Assembly: GCA_012103255.1 (NCBI GenBank)
Contig: WLXD01000005.1
Coordinates: 202,560-266,559, forward strand
DNA from: Acidobacteriota bacterium
Lineage (GTDB): Bacteria > Acidobacteriota > UBA890 > WLXD01
Direction of reading: 5' to 3'
Length of the DNA stretch: 64,000 nucleotides
Every line of letters starts with the position of its first letter. The first letter of the stretch is position 1. The notes beneath the pieces were generated by a model. It was not told the origin of the DNA and ran no database searches. It was given only the letters and a program-made list of their open reading frames with translations. A program made the translations under genes and the position numbers. Shown here in pieces: positions 9,223 to 19,175 of the stretch.

Positions 9223-9759
9223 ATGTTCAGGAAAGTAGCCGGCTGGCGCAGCCGCGCGGTATTCCTGTTGGTCGCTCTGCTCAGCGTGGAGAGCTGCGGA
9301 TACTCACTGGTTGGCCAGGGGGCATTCCTACCTGACTACGTGCAGGTCGTTGCGATTCCCACGTTCGTTAACAACACACGACGATTCGAACTCGAAGTGC
9401 GTGTGACCGATGCGGTGACCCGGGAGTTCGTGTCACGCGGCAACTATCGCGTCGTCGGCCAGCAAAATGGTGCGGATGCTGTGCTCCTCGGTGAGATTCA
9501 GTCATTCGATGTGCGGCCGATCGGTTTGGATGAGCAAGAGGCAGCGGATACCTGGCAGGTCACGATTAGGGCCCGGGTGACGTTCCAGGACCTGGTGGCC
9601 AACAAGATCCTCTTCACGGCGAATAACTTCACCTATCAGGATCAGTTCGAGTTCCCGGCGACCGGGGCGGGGCAGATTGATATCGAAGTTGGCTCGATCG
9701 ACGAGATCTCGCAGGAGTTCGCAAGAGCTGTTGTTGCGAGCATTCTGGAAGGCTTCTAG
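9223..9759 (+). CDS. lptE: LPS-assembly lipoprotein LptE (RlpB)
   Basis: A signal peptide with a Cys (…LLSVESCGYSLVGQG) resembles E. coli LptE CGWHLRD. The size is about 178 aa. Its position between leuS and holA is the conserved leuS-lptE-holA order. Confidence 0.75.
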   Translation: MFRKVAGWRSRAVFLLVALLSVESCGYSLVGQGAFLPDYVQVVAIPTFVNNTRRFELEVRVTDAVTREFVSRGNYRVVGQQNGADAVLLGEIQSFDVRPIGLDEQEAADTWQVTIRARVTFQDLVANKILFTANNFTYQDQFEFPATGAGQIDIEVGSIDEISQEFARAVVASILEGF

Positions 9760-9791
9760 CCCGGCACGCAGGGCACAGAGCAAGGAGCGGT

Positions 9792-10859
9792 ATGGCCCGA
9801 CGAGGTCAGAAGGCGGCGGGGATCACGTTGCCCGCCCTCAGGAAGGCAGTTGCAGCGGACGATGTCGCCCCGGTGTATCTGCTCCTTGGCGAAGAGCCGG
9901 CGCTGCGACGGCGCGCTACCGAATGCCTGAGAACCCTCGTTGACGATGGCGAGTCACCCGGTGCGATAGTTCAGATCGACGGGAGTCGGGCGACGCTGGC
10001 AGAGATCGTCGACGAGGCCAGGTCGCTGCCGCTCTTCAGCTTGATGGCCGAAGGCGTCGTGCGGATAGTCACGGTGCCGAACTTCGACAAGCTTCTCGGC
10101 AGCGATGAAACTGAAGAATTCCTCGCGTACCTGGCCGATCCGGTTGGCGCGACGTGCGTTGTTCTGGAAGCTGACAAGGTCGACAAGCGGAAGACGTTGT
10201 ACAAGGCCGTTGCGAAAACTGCTGTCATTGTCGACTGTGCCCCGCCCACGTCGGAACGAGACGTCTCGATCTGGATCGAGGCGACGCTGCGCAACGCCGG
10301 TTACTCAATCGAGCCCGACGCGGTGGCGTATCTACTGCAGATGGCCGGTACCCGACTCACCGTGCTCGAGCAGGAAATCGAGAAAGCCATGCTGTACGTC
10401 GGCGAGAGCGGGACCGTGCGGGCAGCGGACCTCGAGGGCATCATGGGGCGCACGCGGGAGCACTCGGTCTTCGAGCTCACCGACGCGCTCGTAAAAGGGG
10501 ATCAGGAGTCGGCGCTGCGACTGCTGAACATCCTGCTCGACGATGGTGAGTCTCCGATCGGCGTGTTGGCCATGATCGGCTGGATCTGCCGGCAACTCGT
10601 CGTGGCCGGGGATCTGGTTGCTTCGGGAATCCCGCGCAAAGAAGCCATGCAAGGGATCGCCGGGCGATGGCAGCAGCGCGGCGAAATACTCGATCGCGCT
10701 CGACGAGCGTCACGCGGTGCGCTCGCACGCACTTTGATCGGGTGCGCCGAGGCAGACCTGTTCATCAAACGGATGCGTGATGCTCGGCTGGGTGCGGACA
10801 GACTACGTCCCGCACGGGGCAGATTGGAGGCGCTGTGCCGTCAGATCTGTGCCGCGTAG
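9792..10859 (+). CDS. holA: DNA polymerase III delta subunit
   Basis: The 355-aa protein begins ...PVYLLLGEEPALRR..., a delta-subunit-like N-terminus. It occupies the expected position after lptE. Confidence 0.75.
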   Translation: MARRGQKAAGITLPALRKAVAADDVAPVYLLLGEEPALRRRATECLRTLVDDGESPGAIVQIDGSRATLAEIVDEARSLPLFSLMAEGVVRIVTVPNFDKLLGSDETEEFLAYLADPVGATCVVLEADKVDKRKTLYKAVAKTAVIVDCAPPTSERDVSIWIEATLRNAGYSIEPDAVAYLLQMAGTRLTVLEQEIEKAMLYVGESGTVRAADLEGIMGRTREHSVFELTDALVKGDQESALRLLNILLDDGESPIGVLAMIGWICRQLVVAGDLVASGIPRKEAMQGIAGRWQQRGEILDRARRASRGALARTLIGCAEADLFIKRMRDARLGADRLRPARGRLEALCRQICAA

Positions 10860-10866
10860 GGCAGGC

Positions 10867-11136
10867 TCAGCTCGATTCGAGCTTGCTGATCCGGCGCGAG
10901 AGTCGCGCCTTCTTGCGGGCAGCCTGATTCCGGTGAATCACGCCGCGCTGCGCAGTCCTATCGAGAAGAGACTGGGCCGCAGTCCAGCTTTCGCGGATGC
11001 GGTCCATGTCACCGGCCTCGATGGCTTCATCAAGCTTCCGAAGCGAGGTGCGGAGAGCGGAACGGCTACCGCGGTTGCGGTCGCGGCGCACCACGCTCTG
11101 GCGCATACGCTTCTTAGCAGAGGCAATATTGGGCAT
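10867..11136 (-). CDS. rpsT: 30S ribosomal protein S20
   Basis: MPNIASAKKRMRQSVVRRDRNRGSRS... matches S20 (E. coli MANIKSAKKRAIQ...). The start is moved to ATG 11136; the ORF track starts at 11160. Confidence 0.9.
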   Translation of the reverse strand: MPNIASAKKRMRQSVVRRDRNRGSRSALRTSLRKLDEAIEAGDMDRIRESWTAAQSLLDRTAQRGVIHRNQAARKKARLSRRISKLESS

Positions 11137-11275
11137 TGGGTTCGAGATCTCCTTAGACAAACGCTCGAATGTGGAAGGTTAGGATGAGCGTCGGCGGCCG
11201 TCAAACGTCTATTTGCGCAAAAAGGGTACGGGGTCGAAGCGCGTCGTCGGGCCCTAACTTCCGCGCGAGGTTGCG

Positions 11276-12889
11276 TTGAGTAAGACAGGCACCGACCAGA
11301 CCGGCAGATTGCTCCGAGCGGCCGGCACCGTGGGCGGAATGACTCTAGTGTCGCGAGTTCTCGGATTGGTTAGGGATATCGCTCAGTCCACCTTGCTGGG
11401 TGCCGGGGTTGCTGCGGATGCCTGGTACGCGGCCTTCGTGTTGCCCAGCACGCTACGACGGCTGGTCGGCGAGGGAAACATCTCCGCCGCGTTCATACCC
11501 GTCCTGGCTCGTCAATCTGCCGAGCACGGTGATGAGCGTGCACGCGAGCTGTCGTCGAAGTTCTTCACCGTTGTACTCGTTGCCGCGAGTGGCCTGAGCG
11601 TGATTGGGATCCTGGGCGCTCGCGGGATCGTCTGGGTCATGTACTCCGGCTACGCGGCCGTGCCCGGGAAGTTCGAGCTAACGGTGGATCTCACTCGCGC
11701 GGTGTTCGGCTACCTGCTGTTCATTTCACTGACAGCGGTCTTGATGGGGATCTTGAATGCCCGGCAGAGGTTCGCCGCCGCAGCATTTACCCCGGTGCTC
11801 CTGAATATCGCGCTGATCGCCGCGGCCTTCCTCGCCTGGGGCGAGCTACCGGAGACGGCTGTCTGGGTAATCGCTGGCGGCGCGATGGTCGGAGGGGTTC
11901 TGCAGTTCCTATTCCTGGTTCCCTTTGTCCGCCGATTCGGGGTTTCGCTGCGACCATCATGGCCGCTCGGTGATCGAGGCGTCTCGGAGATCGGGCGGCT
12001 CATGATCCCCGGGGTGGTCGGCGCCAGCGTGGTGCAGATCAATATCCTGGTGGGGCGATCGCTGGCCAGCGATCTGCCTGAGGGAACGATGACGTCCCTC
12101 TACTTCGCATCGCGTGTGAATGAACTCACGCTCGGCGTGTTCGCGGTTGCGGTCGCCACCGTCGTGTTGCCGTTGATGTCTCAGCAGGGCGCGGCCGGAG
12201 ACACCGCCCAGCTTCGGGGAACACTGGGATTTGCACTCCGCCAGGTCACGGCGGTGACGCTTCCTGCAGCCGTCGGGATCATGGTTCTGCGTCACGACAT
12301 CATCGCCACGCTTTTCGAGTACGGGCAGTTCTCGGCCGGAGCGACAGCCCTTACGGCGGCGGCCGTTTGGGGGTATGCATGGGGACTAGTGGCCACGGCG
12401 GGGGTCCGGATCGCGGTGCAGTCTTTCTATGCGATGCGGGATACACGCACACCGGTGATCGTCGCGACGGGGTCGATGGTGGTCAACGTGGTCGGTTGCG
12501 TGCTACTGCGCGGGCCCCTCGAGAATGCCGGCATCGCGCTCGCCAACTCGATCGCGGCGGCATTCTCGCTGGCAGTGCTCCTGTGGTTGCTGCGCGGAAA
12601 GCTGGGCGGTCTCCCGCTTCGTGAGCCTCTCGCGAGCTTTACCCGGGCTGGTGTCGCCGCTGCGGTGATGGCCGCCGTGTTGCTGGGAATTCGAGATTCC
12701 CTGATCGTTGCTGACAGCGGTGTCGTTGAGGCCTGGGTTCGGCTTTTCACTGTCGTGCTCGTCGGTGGGATGGTCTATCTGGCGGGGCTTGCGGTTCTGC
12801 GAGCTCCGGAAATCGCCGAACTGCGACAAATTGGACGGCGACAGGCGCCTGCTACTCTGGTTGGCGGATCCACCGAAGAGGAGCGGTAG
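11276..12889 (+). CDS. murJ: lipid II flippase MurJ (MviN)
   Basis: It has the MurJ N-terminal signature ...RVLGLVRDIAQSTLLGAG...DAWYAAFVLPSTLRRLVGEGNISAAFIPVLA and 12-14 predicted TM helices. The start is TTG. Confidence 0.9.
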   Translation: MSKTGTDQTGRLLRAAGTVGGMTLVSRVLGLVRDIAQSTLLGAGVAADAWYAAFVLPSTLRRLVGEGNISAAFIPVLARQSAEHGDERARELSSKFFTVVLVAASGLSVIGILGARGIVWVMYSGYAAVPGKFELTVDLTRAVFGYLLFISLTAVLMGILNARQRFAAAAFTPVLLNIALIAAAFLAWGELPETAVWVIAGGAMVGGVLQFLFLVPFVRRFGVSLRPSWPLGDRGVSEIGRLMIPGVVGASVVQINILVGRSLASDLPEGTMTSLYFASRVNELTLGVFAVAVATVVLPLMSQQGAAGDTAQLRGTLGFALRQVTAVTLPAAVGIMVLRHDIIATLFEYGQFSAGATALTAAAVWGYAWGLVATAGVRIAVQSFYAMRDTRTPVIVATGSMVVNVVGCVLLRGPLENAGIALANSIAAAFSLAVLLWLLRGKLGGLPLREPLASFTRAGVAAAVMAAVLLGIRDSLIVADSGVVEAWVRLFTVVLVGGMVYLAGLAVLRAPEIAELRQIGRRQAPATLVGGSTEEER

Positions 12890-12895
12890 AAAACG

Positions 12896-13375
12896 ATGAT
12901 TGCAGTACTGCAGCGCGTTTCGCACGCTCAGGTGACCGTGGCCGGCGAGTGTGTCGGCGCGATTGGGCCGGGGATTCTCGCGCTCATCGGAGCAGTCGAT
13001 GGCGACGACGGGGCCGATGTGGATTTCATGGCTCGGCGAATTCCGAACCTGCGTTTCTTCGCTGATGAAGACGGACGAATGAACCTCTCGGTGTCGGATA
13101 TTGGCGGAGCGATCCTCGTCGTTTCGCAATTCACGCTCGCCGGGGATACCCGAAAAGGCCGGCGCCCCAGTTTCGTGCGGGCGCTGGCTCCTGATCTGGC
13201 CGCCCCGATGATCGAGGATCTGGCTGGCCGATTCGAGGCGGCGGGACTGGAGGTGGCGACCGGCGAGTTCGGCGCGAACATGCAAGTCGAATTGCTCAAC
13301 GATGGTCCCGTGACGCTCCTGCTCGACTCCAGGCAGACGCGTCGCGGCAACGATCGTGACGCGGGAGGGGCCTGA
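12896..13375 (+). CDS. dtd: D-aminoacyl-tRNA deacylase
   Basis: MIAVLQRVSHAQVTV ... SQFTLAGDTRKGRRPSF ... is the Dtd signature (SQFTL, GxRPSF). Confidence 0.9.
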   Translation: MIAVLQRVSHAQVTVAGECVGAIGPGILALIGAVDGDDGADVDFMARRIPNLRFFADEDGRMNLSVSDIGGAILVVSQFTLAGDTRKGRRPSFVRALAPDLAAPMIEDLAGRFEAAGLEVATGEFGANMQVELLNDGPVTLLLDSRQTRRGNDRDAGGA

Positions 13376-14284
13376 GTGGAGAGGGTCCGACTGGGCGGAT
13401 GGGAATTGGACTACCTGGAGTACCTCCGGGTAGAACTCGGTCGCTCGGACCGTACAATTCGGTCCTACTCGGCGGATCTCCGACAGTTCGACACATGGTG
13501 CGCCGACGCCAACGTCAATCCGTTGGACCTCAGGGCAAGCGACCTCCGCTCGTGGCTCGGATGGTTGGAGCAGCAAGGATGCTCCGGGCGAACTCGCGCC
13601 CGGAAGCTCTCTGCGCTTCGAGGTTTCTACAGGCGCCTCGTGGCTTCCGGCCGCGTCGAGGTTGATCCCACCGAACTGCTGAAGGCACGCGAGCGGACGC
13701 GTCCGCTCCCGAAGACACTGAGCTGGGACGAAGTCGAGCGGATCCTCGCCCAGCCGAATGTCGAAGGCCCATCAGGGCTCCGGGATCGGGCGATGCTCGA
13801 AGTGGCCTACGGTTGTGGGTTGCGGGTCTCCGAAGTGATCAGCCTGCAGCTCGGCGACATCGACGAGGAAGAGGGCTTTGTTCGCTGTTTTGGCAAGGGA
13901 AGTAAAGAACGTCTGGTTCCGATCGGCGATGAGGCGGCGCATTGGATTACGCGGTACGTCGAGCGCGGACGGGATGCCTTCGCCCTCGATTCGACAGAAC
14001 AGACGATCTTCCTGGGTCGTCGCGGCCGGCCGCTCACGCGGCAGTGGTTCGCCAAGCTCCTCAAGCGCTACGCGACCGATGCGGGCATCCCCCGATCTCG
14101 AGTAAGCCCTCACGTGCTTCGACACTCTTTCGCCACGCACCTCTTGGAAGCTGACGCTGATCTGCGGGCTGTTCAGGCGATGCTTGGCCACAGTCGCATC
14201 GCCACGACCGAGGTGTATACGCACGTGGATCGAGCCCGATTGAAACTTGTCTACGAGCGCCACCATCCGCGAGCGCATTCGTGA
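13376..14284 (+). CDS. xerD: site-specific tyrosine recombinase XerC/XerD family (chromosome dimer resolution type)
   Basis: The N-terminal SAM-like domain (LSALRGFYRRL) and the catalytic residues R...HVLRHSFATHLLEADADLRAVQAMLGHSRIATTEVYTHV (R-H-R-Y) are present. XerC versus XerD cannot be resolved by eye. It is not flanked by phage or IS genes. Confidence 0.8.
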   Translation: MERVRLGGWELDYLEYLRVELGRSDRTIRSYSADLRQFDTWCADANVNPLDLRASDLRSWLGWLEQQGCSGRTRARKLSALRGFYRRLVASGRVEVDPTELLKARERTRPLPKTLSWDEVERILAQPNVEGPSGLRDRAMLEVAYGCGLRVSEVISLQLGDIDEEEGFVRCFGKGSKERLVPIGDEAAHWITRYVERGRDAFALDSTEQTIFLGRRGRPLTRQWFAKLLKRYATDAGIPRSRVSPHVLRHSFATHLLEADADLRAVQAMLGHSRIATTEVYTHVDRARLKLVYERHHPRAHS

Positions 14285-15510
14285 AGGAACTACTGGGGCG
14301 CCTCGATTCCGGCGACTACAGCCTGGTGCTCCGCTGCGGCGAGATCGCTGCGCAGAGGGGATACACCCCGTACCTTGTAGGCGGTGTCGTCCGTGACCTG
14401 GTTCTCGATACCCCGTCACCGGACATCGACATCGTGGTCGACGGCGACGCGATAGTCGTCGCCCAGGATGTTGCCCGCGCACTTGGTGGAGAGGTTCTTC
14501 GACATCACGCCTTCCAGACGGCGACCGTGACCCTCACCGACGGTCGTCGAGTGGATTTCGCTACAGCGCGCTCGGAGACGTACCCGAAGCGGGGCGCGCT
14601 GCCGTCTGTGGCCGAAGGGAACATTGAAGAGGACCTGGCCCGCCGGGATTTCACCATCAACACCATGGCCATCGCCATTGCGCCCGCAGCCGTCGGTGCT
14701 CTGGTCGACCCTCATGGCGGCCGGGAAGATCTGGCCGCGCGCCAGATCAGGTTCTTGCACGAGCAATCGTTCAGCGACGATCCGACACGGCTGTTGCGAG
14801 CGCTTCGATTCGCGCTGCGGCTCGACTACGAGATAGAGACGCGGACGTCGGCTGGCATTCGTGTTGCGGCGCAGGGTGGGTTTCTGGGAGATATTTCTGG
14901 CGATCGAATGCGACGTGAACTCGAGAAACTCCTGCGCGAGCAGCCCGTGCACGGGCCGAAGGCACTGCGCGAATGGCAACTCCTGGATGACATCTTCGTG
15001 GGACTCGAGGTTGATTTGGATGCGCTCCGCCTGCTGTCGGGCCGAGAAGAGGACGTTGCCTGGCAGGTCCTCGCCGTGATGGCCGTATCGCTGGCGCCTC
15101 AGGAACGCTGGGAGCTCGGCCGTCGGTTGCGCCTGCCAGGTGCCGCACAGGACATCGTCGTCGACTCCGGAGTTGCATGGGATCGGGCTCGGGCCGCGCT
15201 GAGTCGATTGGCGCTGGACGCTCCGCGGAGCGCTATCGCCAGCGCGTTGGACCCCCTGTCCGAGGCCGTGCTGGAGGTGGGCTCGGCGACGTGGCCGGAG
15301 GGTCGAGATCGTGTGCTGCTGTATATCCGTGAGGATCGCGGTGTGACCAGCGAACTCGACGGCAATGATCTGTTGGAAATTGGCGCGCCGTCAGGTCGGT
15401 CGATCGGCGCAATGCTGCAGACCTTGCGGTACGCGCGTATCGACGGCGCGATCAGCGATCGGGCCGGTGAAGAGCGTCTGGTTCGCACGATGCTCGACGG
15501 GCCAAATTGA
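14281..15510 (+). CDS. cca: CCA-adding tRNA nucleotidyltransferase / poly(A) polymerase family
   Basis: YLVGGVVRDLVLD...DIDIVV is the Pol-beta NTase motif (GGxVRD, DxD) of the CCA/PcnB family. Confidence 0.8.
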   Translation: MKELLGRLDSGDYSLVLRCGEIAAQRGYTPYLVGGVVRDLVLDTPSPDIDIVVDGDAIVVAQDVARALGGEVLRHHAFQTATVTLTDGRRVDFATARSETYPKRGALPSVAEGNIEEDLARRDFTINTMAIAIAPAAVGALVDPHGGREDLAARQIRFLHEQSFSDDPTRLLRALRFALRLDYEIETRTSAGIRVAAQGGFLGDISGDRMRRELEKLLREQPVHGPKALREWQLLDDIFVGLEVDLDALRLLSGREEDVAWQVLAVMAVSLAPQERWELGRRLRLPGAAQDIVVDSGVAWDRARAALSRLALDAPRSAIASALDPLSEAVLEVGSATWPEGRDRVLLYIREDRGVTSELDGNDLLEIGAPSGRSIGAMLQTLRYARIDGAISDRAGEERLVRTMLDGPN

Positions 15511-15643
15511 CCGTTTCATGAGCCCCGTGTAGGCTTCGTTCAGATCCGCGCGAGGCCCCGTACCGGGCCGTACGCGCCGGCCTCGAGGCCTCAACGAAGA
15601 TTCTTACCGAGCACGCAATACTGCTCCTGGAACAACGAATTTC

Positions 15644-16816
15644 ATGGACAATCAGACGTTTCTTCTGACCTCCGAATCCGTCACCGAAGGGCACCCGGAC
15701 AAAATCGCGGATCAGGTGTCCGACTCGGTGCTCGACGCCATCATGGCGGAGGATCCGACGGGTCGTGTGGCGTGCGAGACCATGGTCACGACCGGTATCG
15801 CGATCGTTGCCGGTGAGATCACCACCAACGCGTACGTCGACATCCCGAGCATCGTGCGCAAGACGATTCGCGAGATCGGGTACACCCGCTCGGAATTCGG
15901 CTTCGACGCCGACACGTGCGGTGTGATGACGAGCATCGACGAGCAGTCGCCGGACATCGCGATGGGCGTGGATCCCGGCGGCGCAGGCGATCAGGGTTTG
16001 ATGTTCGGCTACGCTTCGGTGGAAACCGAAGAGCTGATGCCCATGCCGATCAAGCTGGCGCACGGTCTCTGCCGCCAGCTCTCGACCGTGCGCAAGGACG
16101 ACACGCTCGACTACCTGCGGCCTGATGGCAAGGCTCAGGTCACCGTCGAGTATGTAGACGGTCGACCCCACCGCGTGGATTCAGTGGTGGTCAGCACGCA
16201 ACATGGCGAGGAAGTCTCCCTTGGCGTGATCCAGGAAGATCTTCTCGAGAAGGTCGTGAAGCCGGTCGTTCCGGAAGAGCTGCGTGACGAGAACACCAAG
16301 TACCACATCAACCCCACGGGTCGCTTTGTTGTTGGCGGCCCGCAGGGTGACTGTGGGCTCACAGGCCGGAAGATCATCGTCGATACCTACGGCGGTGTCG
16401 GAAGCCACGGCGGTGGTGCGTTCTCGGGCAAGGACTGCACAAAGGTCGACCGCACGGCGTCCTACATGGCCCGCTACGTGGTGAAGAATCTCGTGGCGGC
16501 GGGCGTTGCGGAGCGACTTGAGCTTCAGCTCGCCTACGCGATCGGCGTTGCCGATCCGGTTTCGGTGATGGTGAACGCACGTGGAACCGGGCGCGTCGAT
16601 GAGGCGCGGATCGTCGAGGCAGTGCGCGAGATCTTCCCACTGACCCCGAAGGGGATGATCGAACACCTGGATCTGCGGCGTCCGATCTATCGTGAGACCG
16701 CGGCGTACGGTCACTTTGGTCGTGAAGGCTTCCCGTGGGAGGCCACCAATCTGGCCGACGACGTCCGGCGCTTCCTGGACCTTTCGGAAGCCGACATGCC
16801 CGGCGGAGCGGCCTAG
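15644..16816 (+). CDS. metK: S-adenosylmethionine synthetase
   Basis: [22 protein letters not shown] ... [10 protein letters not shown] ... GGGAFSGKD is the canonical MetK. Confidence 0.95.
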   Translation: MDNQTFLLTSESVTEGHPDKIADQVSDSVLDAIMAEDPTGRVACETMVTTGIAIVAGEITTNAYVDIPSIVRKTIREIGYTRSEFGFDADTCGVMTSIDEQSPDIAMGVDPGGAGDQGLMFGYASVETEELMPMPIKLAHGLCRQLSTVRKDDTLDYLRPDGKAQVTVEYVDGRPHRVDSVVVSTQHGEEVSLGVIQEDLLEKVVKPVVPEELRDENTKYHINPTGRFVVGGPQGDCGLTGRKIIVDTYGGVGSHGGGAFSGKDCTKVDRTASYMARYVVKNLVAAGVAERLELQLAYAIGVADPVSVMVNARGTGRVDEARIVEAVREIFPLTPKGMIEHLDLRRPIYRETAAYGHFGREGFPWEATNLADDVRRFLDLSEADMPGGAA

Positions 16817-16829
16817 TTCTTCGCCGCCT

Positions 16830-19175
16830 CTAGGTTCTGACGCCGATAGCCTGGTACGTCCCTAGAGATAGGAACAACAGGTGTGGCGCCCATGCCGACA
16901 GAGGCGGCGGCAGTTGGTTCGCGTAGCCGAGAGCCTGGAAGACGCCGAACGCGATCCAGTAGGCGGCTACGAGTGCGACTGCGACGGCCACGCCCGTAAG
17001 CGTGCCGTGGCGGCCCATTCGGAATGCGAATGGAAGGCCGACCACGGTCATGACAAACACGATGGCCGGCGTGGCGATCTTCTGATGAAAGTCGACCAGC
17101 GCTCGGTGGGTTTCGTAGCCCTGCCGCTCGAGCAATTGAATGTGTCGACGCAGATCGAGCAGGCGCATCTGTTCAGGTAGCAGCTCGTTCTCGCGGAAAT
17201 ATTCCGGGTCGCGTTCCAGGTGCCCCATGCGGGCGAAACTGAACTCCTCGAGCGGTGACGGCTTGACCCGGTCGCCTTCACGGACGAAGAAGCGTCGCCA
17301 GCCGTCGCGAGCCTCCCAGGTGCCCTCGCGCCACTCGGCGATATCAGCGAACTCCATCCGAGCCATCGAGTTCTCGTCGCCAAGATAGAAGACCCGCAGA
17401 CCCAGGAACTGCGAGCTCGACTCCACGAATTCGTCGAAGTGGTAGACCACGTTGCCCTCGGCGAACACCCAGTTCTGCGACTGCAGCAGAATGACTGTGT
17501 CCGACGGGTCCATTGCTTCCTCGACCACCTTGGCTTGCTCAGCCGTGTACGGCAGCACGTACTCCTGGAGGGCGTACTGCCCCGCGGTGAGCAGGAGTGC
17601 CGGGACAAAGATCGGGACCATCAGTCGATAGAGGCTCACCCCGCCTGCCATGGCGGCCACGACCTCGCCGTGCTTCGCCATGAGACTGAAGACGGCCAAC
17701 ACCGTAACGACCGCAGCCATCGGCGTGATGTCGAAGACGATCTCCCACACGTAGTAGCTCAAGAAGGTGGGGATCAAGCCGGGATTGGTTACGTAGGACG
17801 CCTTGTCGATCCAGGTGCCCATGATGAACAGAACGATGAAGGCCGAGAACGTGAGCCCGTAGATGCTCAAGTAGTTGCGCATCACGAGCCTGTCGAGCGT
17901 CCGCGGGAAGGACGCACCGGTGTGGCTGGAGCGGAGCCGCACGGAACGGTGCAGAACACGCTTCGAGTACCAAGCGCGCAGGCCGTCCGCTGCCTGGAGC
18001 CAGATGGGCTCGATACGCCGCCATATGCCGAAGTCGACTTCGCGACTCTTCTTCCAGAGCAGCACGAGGGCTGCGATGGCCAGCACGACGTTGCCAGCCC
18101 AGATTCCCACGATTGGTGAGATCTGCCCCAGATCAGCTTGTTGTTCGCCGTTCTGCGCGAAGAAGTAGTACACGGCGATCACCACGATGCCGATAGCGAA
18201 CCCGCTTGCCGTTGTCTGTCTCTGAGTTGAGATGCCCAGCGGAAGCGCGATGAGGCCCATCACGATGCAGGCGAAGGGAAGCGCAAACTTCTTCTGGACC
18301 TCGACCCGCAGATCCCACGCCGGCTCGCCATTCGAATGACGCGCCGCGATCGCTGTGCGTAGTTCCGAGAGGTTCATCGAGCGAACGTCCTTGCCGAGCT
18401 CTCCGATGAAGGTGTTCTCTTCAGACCACACGAGTTCGCTGCGCGACTCGAACTCGGTCAGTGTCACGTCCGCCGGGTCGGCTCGCGATGCAATGACGAC
18501 CCCGTTGACCATCTCGATGTATGTCCGACGGTTCTCGGCATCGATCCGGGGGTAGGCGCGCTCTGCGCGGAGAATCGTCGGCGGATTCGAGTCCGTTCGC
18601 GCCGTAAACACACCGCGCCACTCGCTACCTTGATTGACGATGTCCTCGACGTAGAGGACAAGGTTCGGGAAGTCGTTGTTGAAGACGCGAGGTTTGACCT
18701 CGTTGGACAGCGCTCCGCCCTCGGCGATCTGTTCCCACTGAATCTCCACGAGTGATTGATTGCCCCAAGGCATCATCACGGTGTAGATCCAGCTTGTCGC
18801 TCCCCACAGTAGAGCGGACGCGATGAGTACCGGCGGCAGTAGGTGAAGCAGGCTGACCCCCGCGGCGCGAAGCGCGACGATTTCGAAGTCCGCCGACATT
18901 CTGCCGAAGGCGATCAACGAACCGACGAGGAGCCCCATTGGGATGGTCAGAACCATGATGTGAGGCAGGCTGTAGACGATGACCCACAACACGCTACTGA
19001 GCTCGGCGCCGTACTCGATCCACAGCTGCGAGACGCGGAGTAGCGCGCGCATCAGAAAGAGGAACGTGAAGACACAGAACGCCAGCAGGGTGGGGGTCAG
19101 GAGTTCGAGGATCACGTGGCGCCACAGGATCAATGCGGGACGCGCTCTGAGGATGGACGCCGCGGCTGCGCTCAT
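16830..19175 (-). CDS. fused LptF-LptG-type LPS export permease (two YjgP/YjgQ domains in one polypeptide)
   Basis: The start is moved to ATG 19175 (MSAAAASILRARPALILWRHVILELL...). The first half carries a YjgP/YjgQ-like TM segment (RHVILELLTPTLLAFCVFTFLFLMRALLRVSQLW). The second half (RLVMRNYLSIYGLTFSAFIVLFIMGTWID...) repeats the same domain. The ATG overlaps the stop of the upstream GT2 gene (ATGA). Confidence 0.75.
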   Translation of the reverse strand: MSAAAASILRARPALILWRHVILELLTPTLLAFCVFTFLFLMRALLRVSQLWIEYGAELSSVLWVIVYSLPHIMVLTIPMGLLVGSLIAFGRMSADFEIVALRAAGVSLLHLLPPVLIASALLWGATSWIYTVMMPWGNQSLVEIQWEQIAEGGALSNEVKPRVFNNDFPNLVLYVEDIVNQGSEWRGVFTARTDSNPPTILRAERAYPRIDAENRRTYIEMVNGVVIASRADPADVTLTEFESRSELVWSEENTFIGELGKDVRSMNLSELRTAIAARHSNGEPAWDLRVEVQKKFALPFACIVMGLIALPLGISTQRQTTASGFAIGIVVIAVYYFFAQNGEQQADLGQISPIVGIWAGNVVLAIAALVLLWKKSREVDFGIWRRIEPIWLQAADGLRAWYSKRVLHRSVRLRSSHTGASFPRTLDRLVMRNYLSIYGLTFSAFIVLFIMGTWIDKASYVTNPGLIPTFLSYYVWEIVFDITPMAAVVTVLAVFSLMAKHGEVVAAMAGGVSLYRLMVPIFVPALLLTAGQYALQEYVLPYTAEQAKVVEEAMDPSDTVILLQSQNWVFAEGNVVYHFDEFVESSSQFLGLRVFYLGDENSMARMEFADIAEWREGTWEARDGWRRFFVREGDRVKPSPLEEFSFARMGHLERDPEYFRENELLPEQMRLLDLRRHIQLLERQGYETHRALVDFHQKIATPAIVFVMTVVGLPFAFRMGRHGTLTGVAVAVALVAAYWIAFGVFQALGYANQLPPPLSAWAPHLLFLSLGTYQAIGVRT

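Noticed and set aside
13376-14284. Tyrosine recombinase as a marker of an integrated phage, integron or genomic island.
   Set aside because: The sequence has the XerC/XerD-type N-terminal domain and sits among housekeeping genes (dtd, cca) with no phage, IS or attachment-site repeats. It is called a chromosome-dimer resolvase instead.
15511-15643. SAM riboswitch or other leader RNA upstream of metK.
   Set aside because: The 133-nt leader shows no recognisable SAM-I/II/V features or a strong terminator hairpin by eye. This cannot be excluded without a covariance-model search (Infernal/Rfam).
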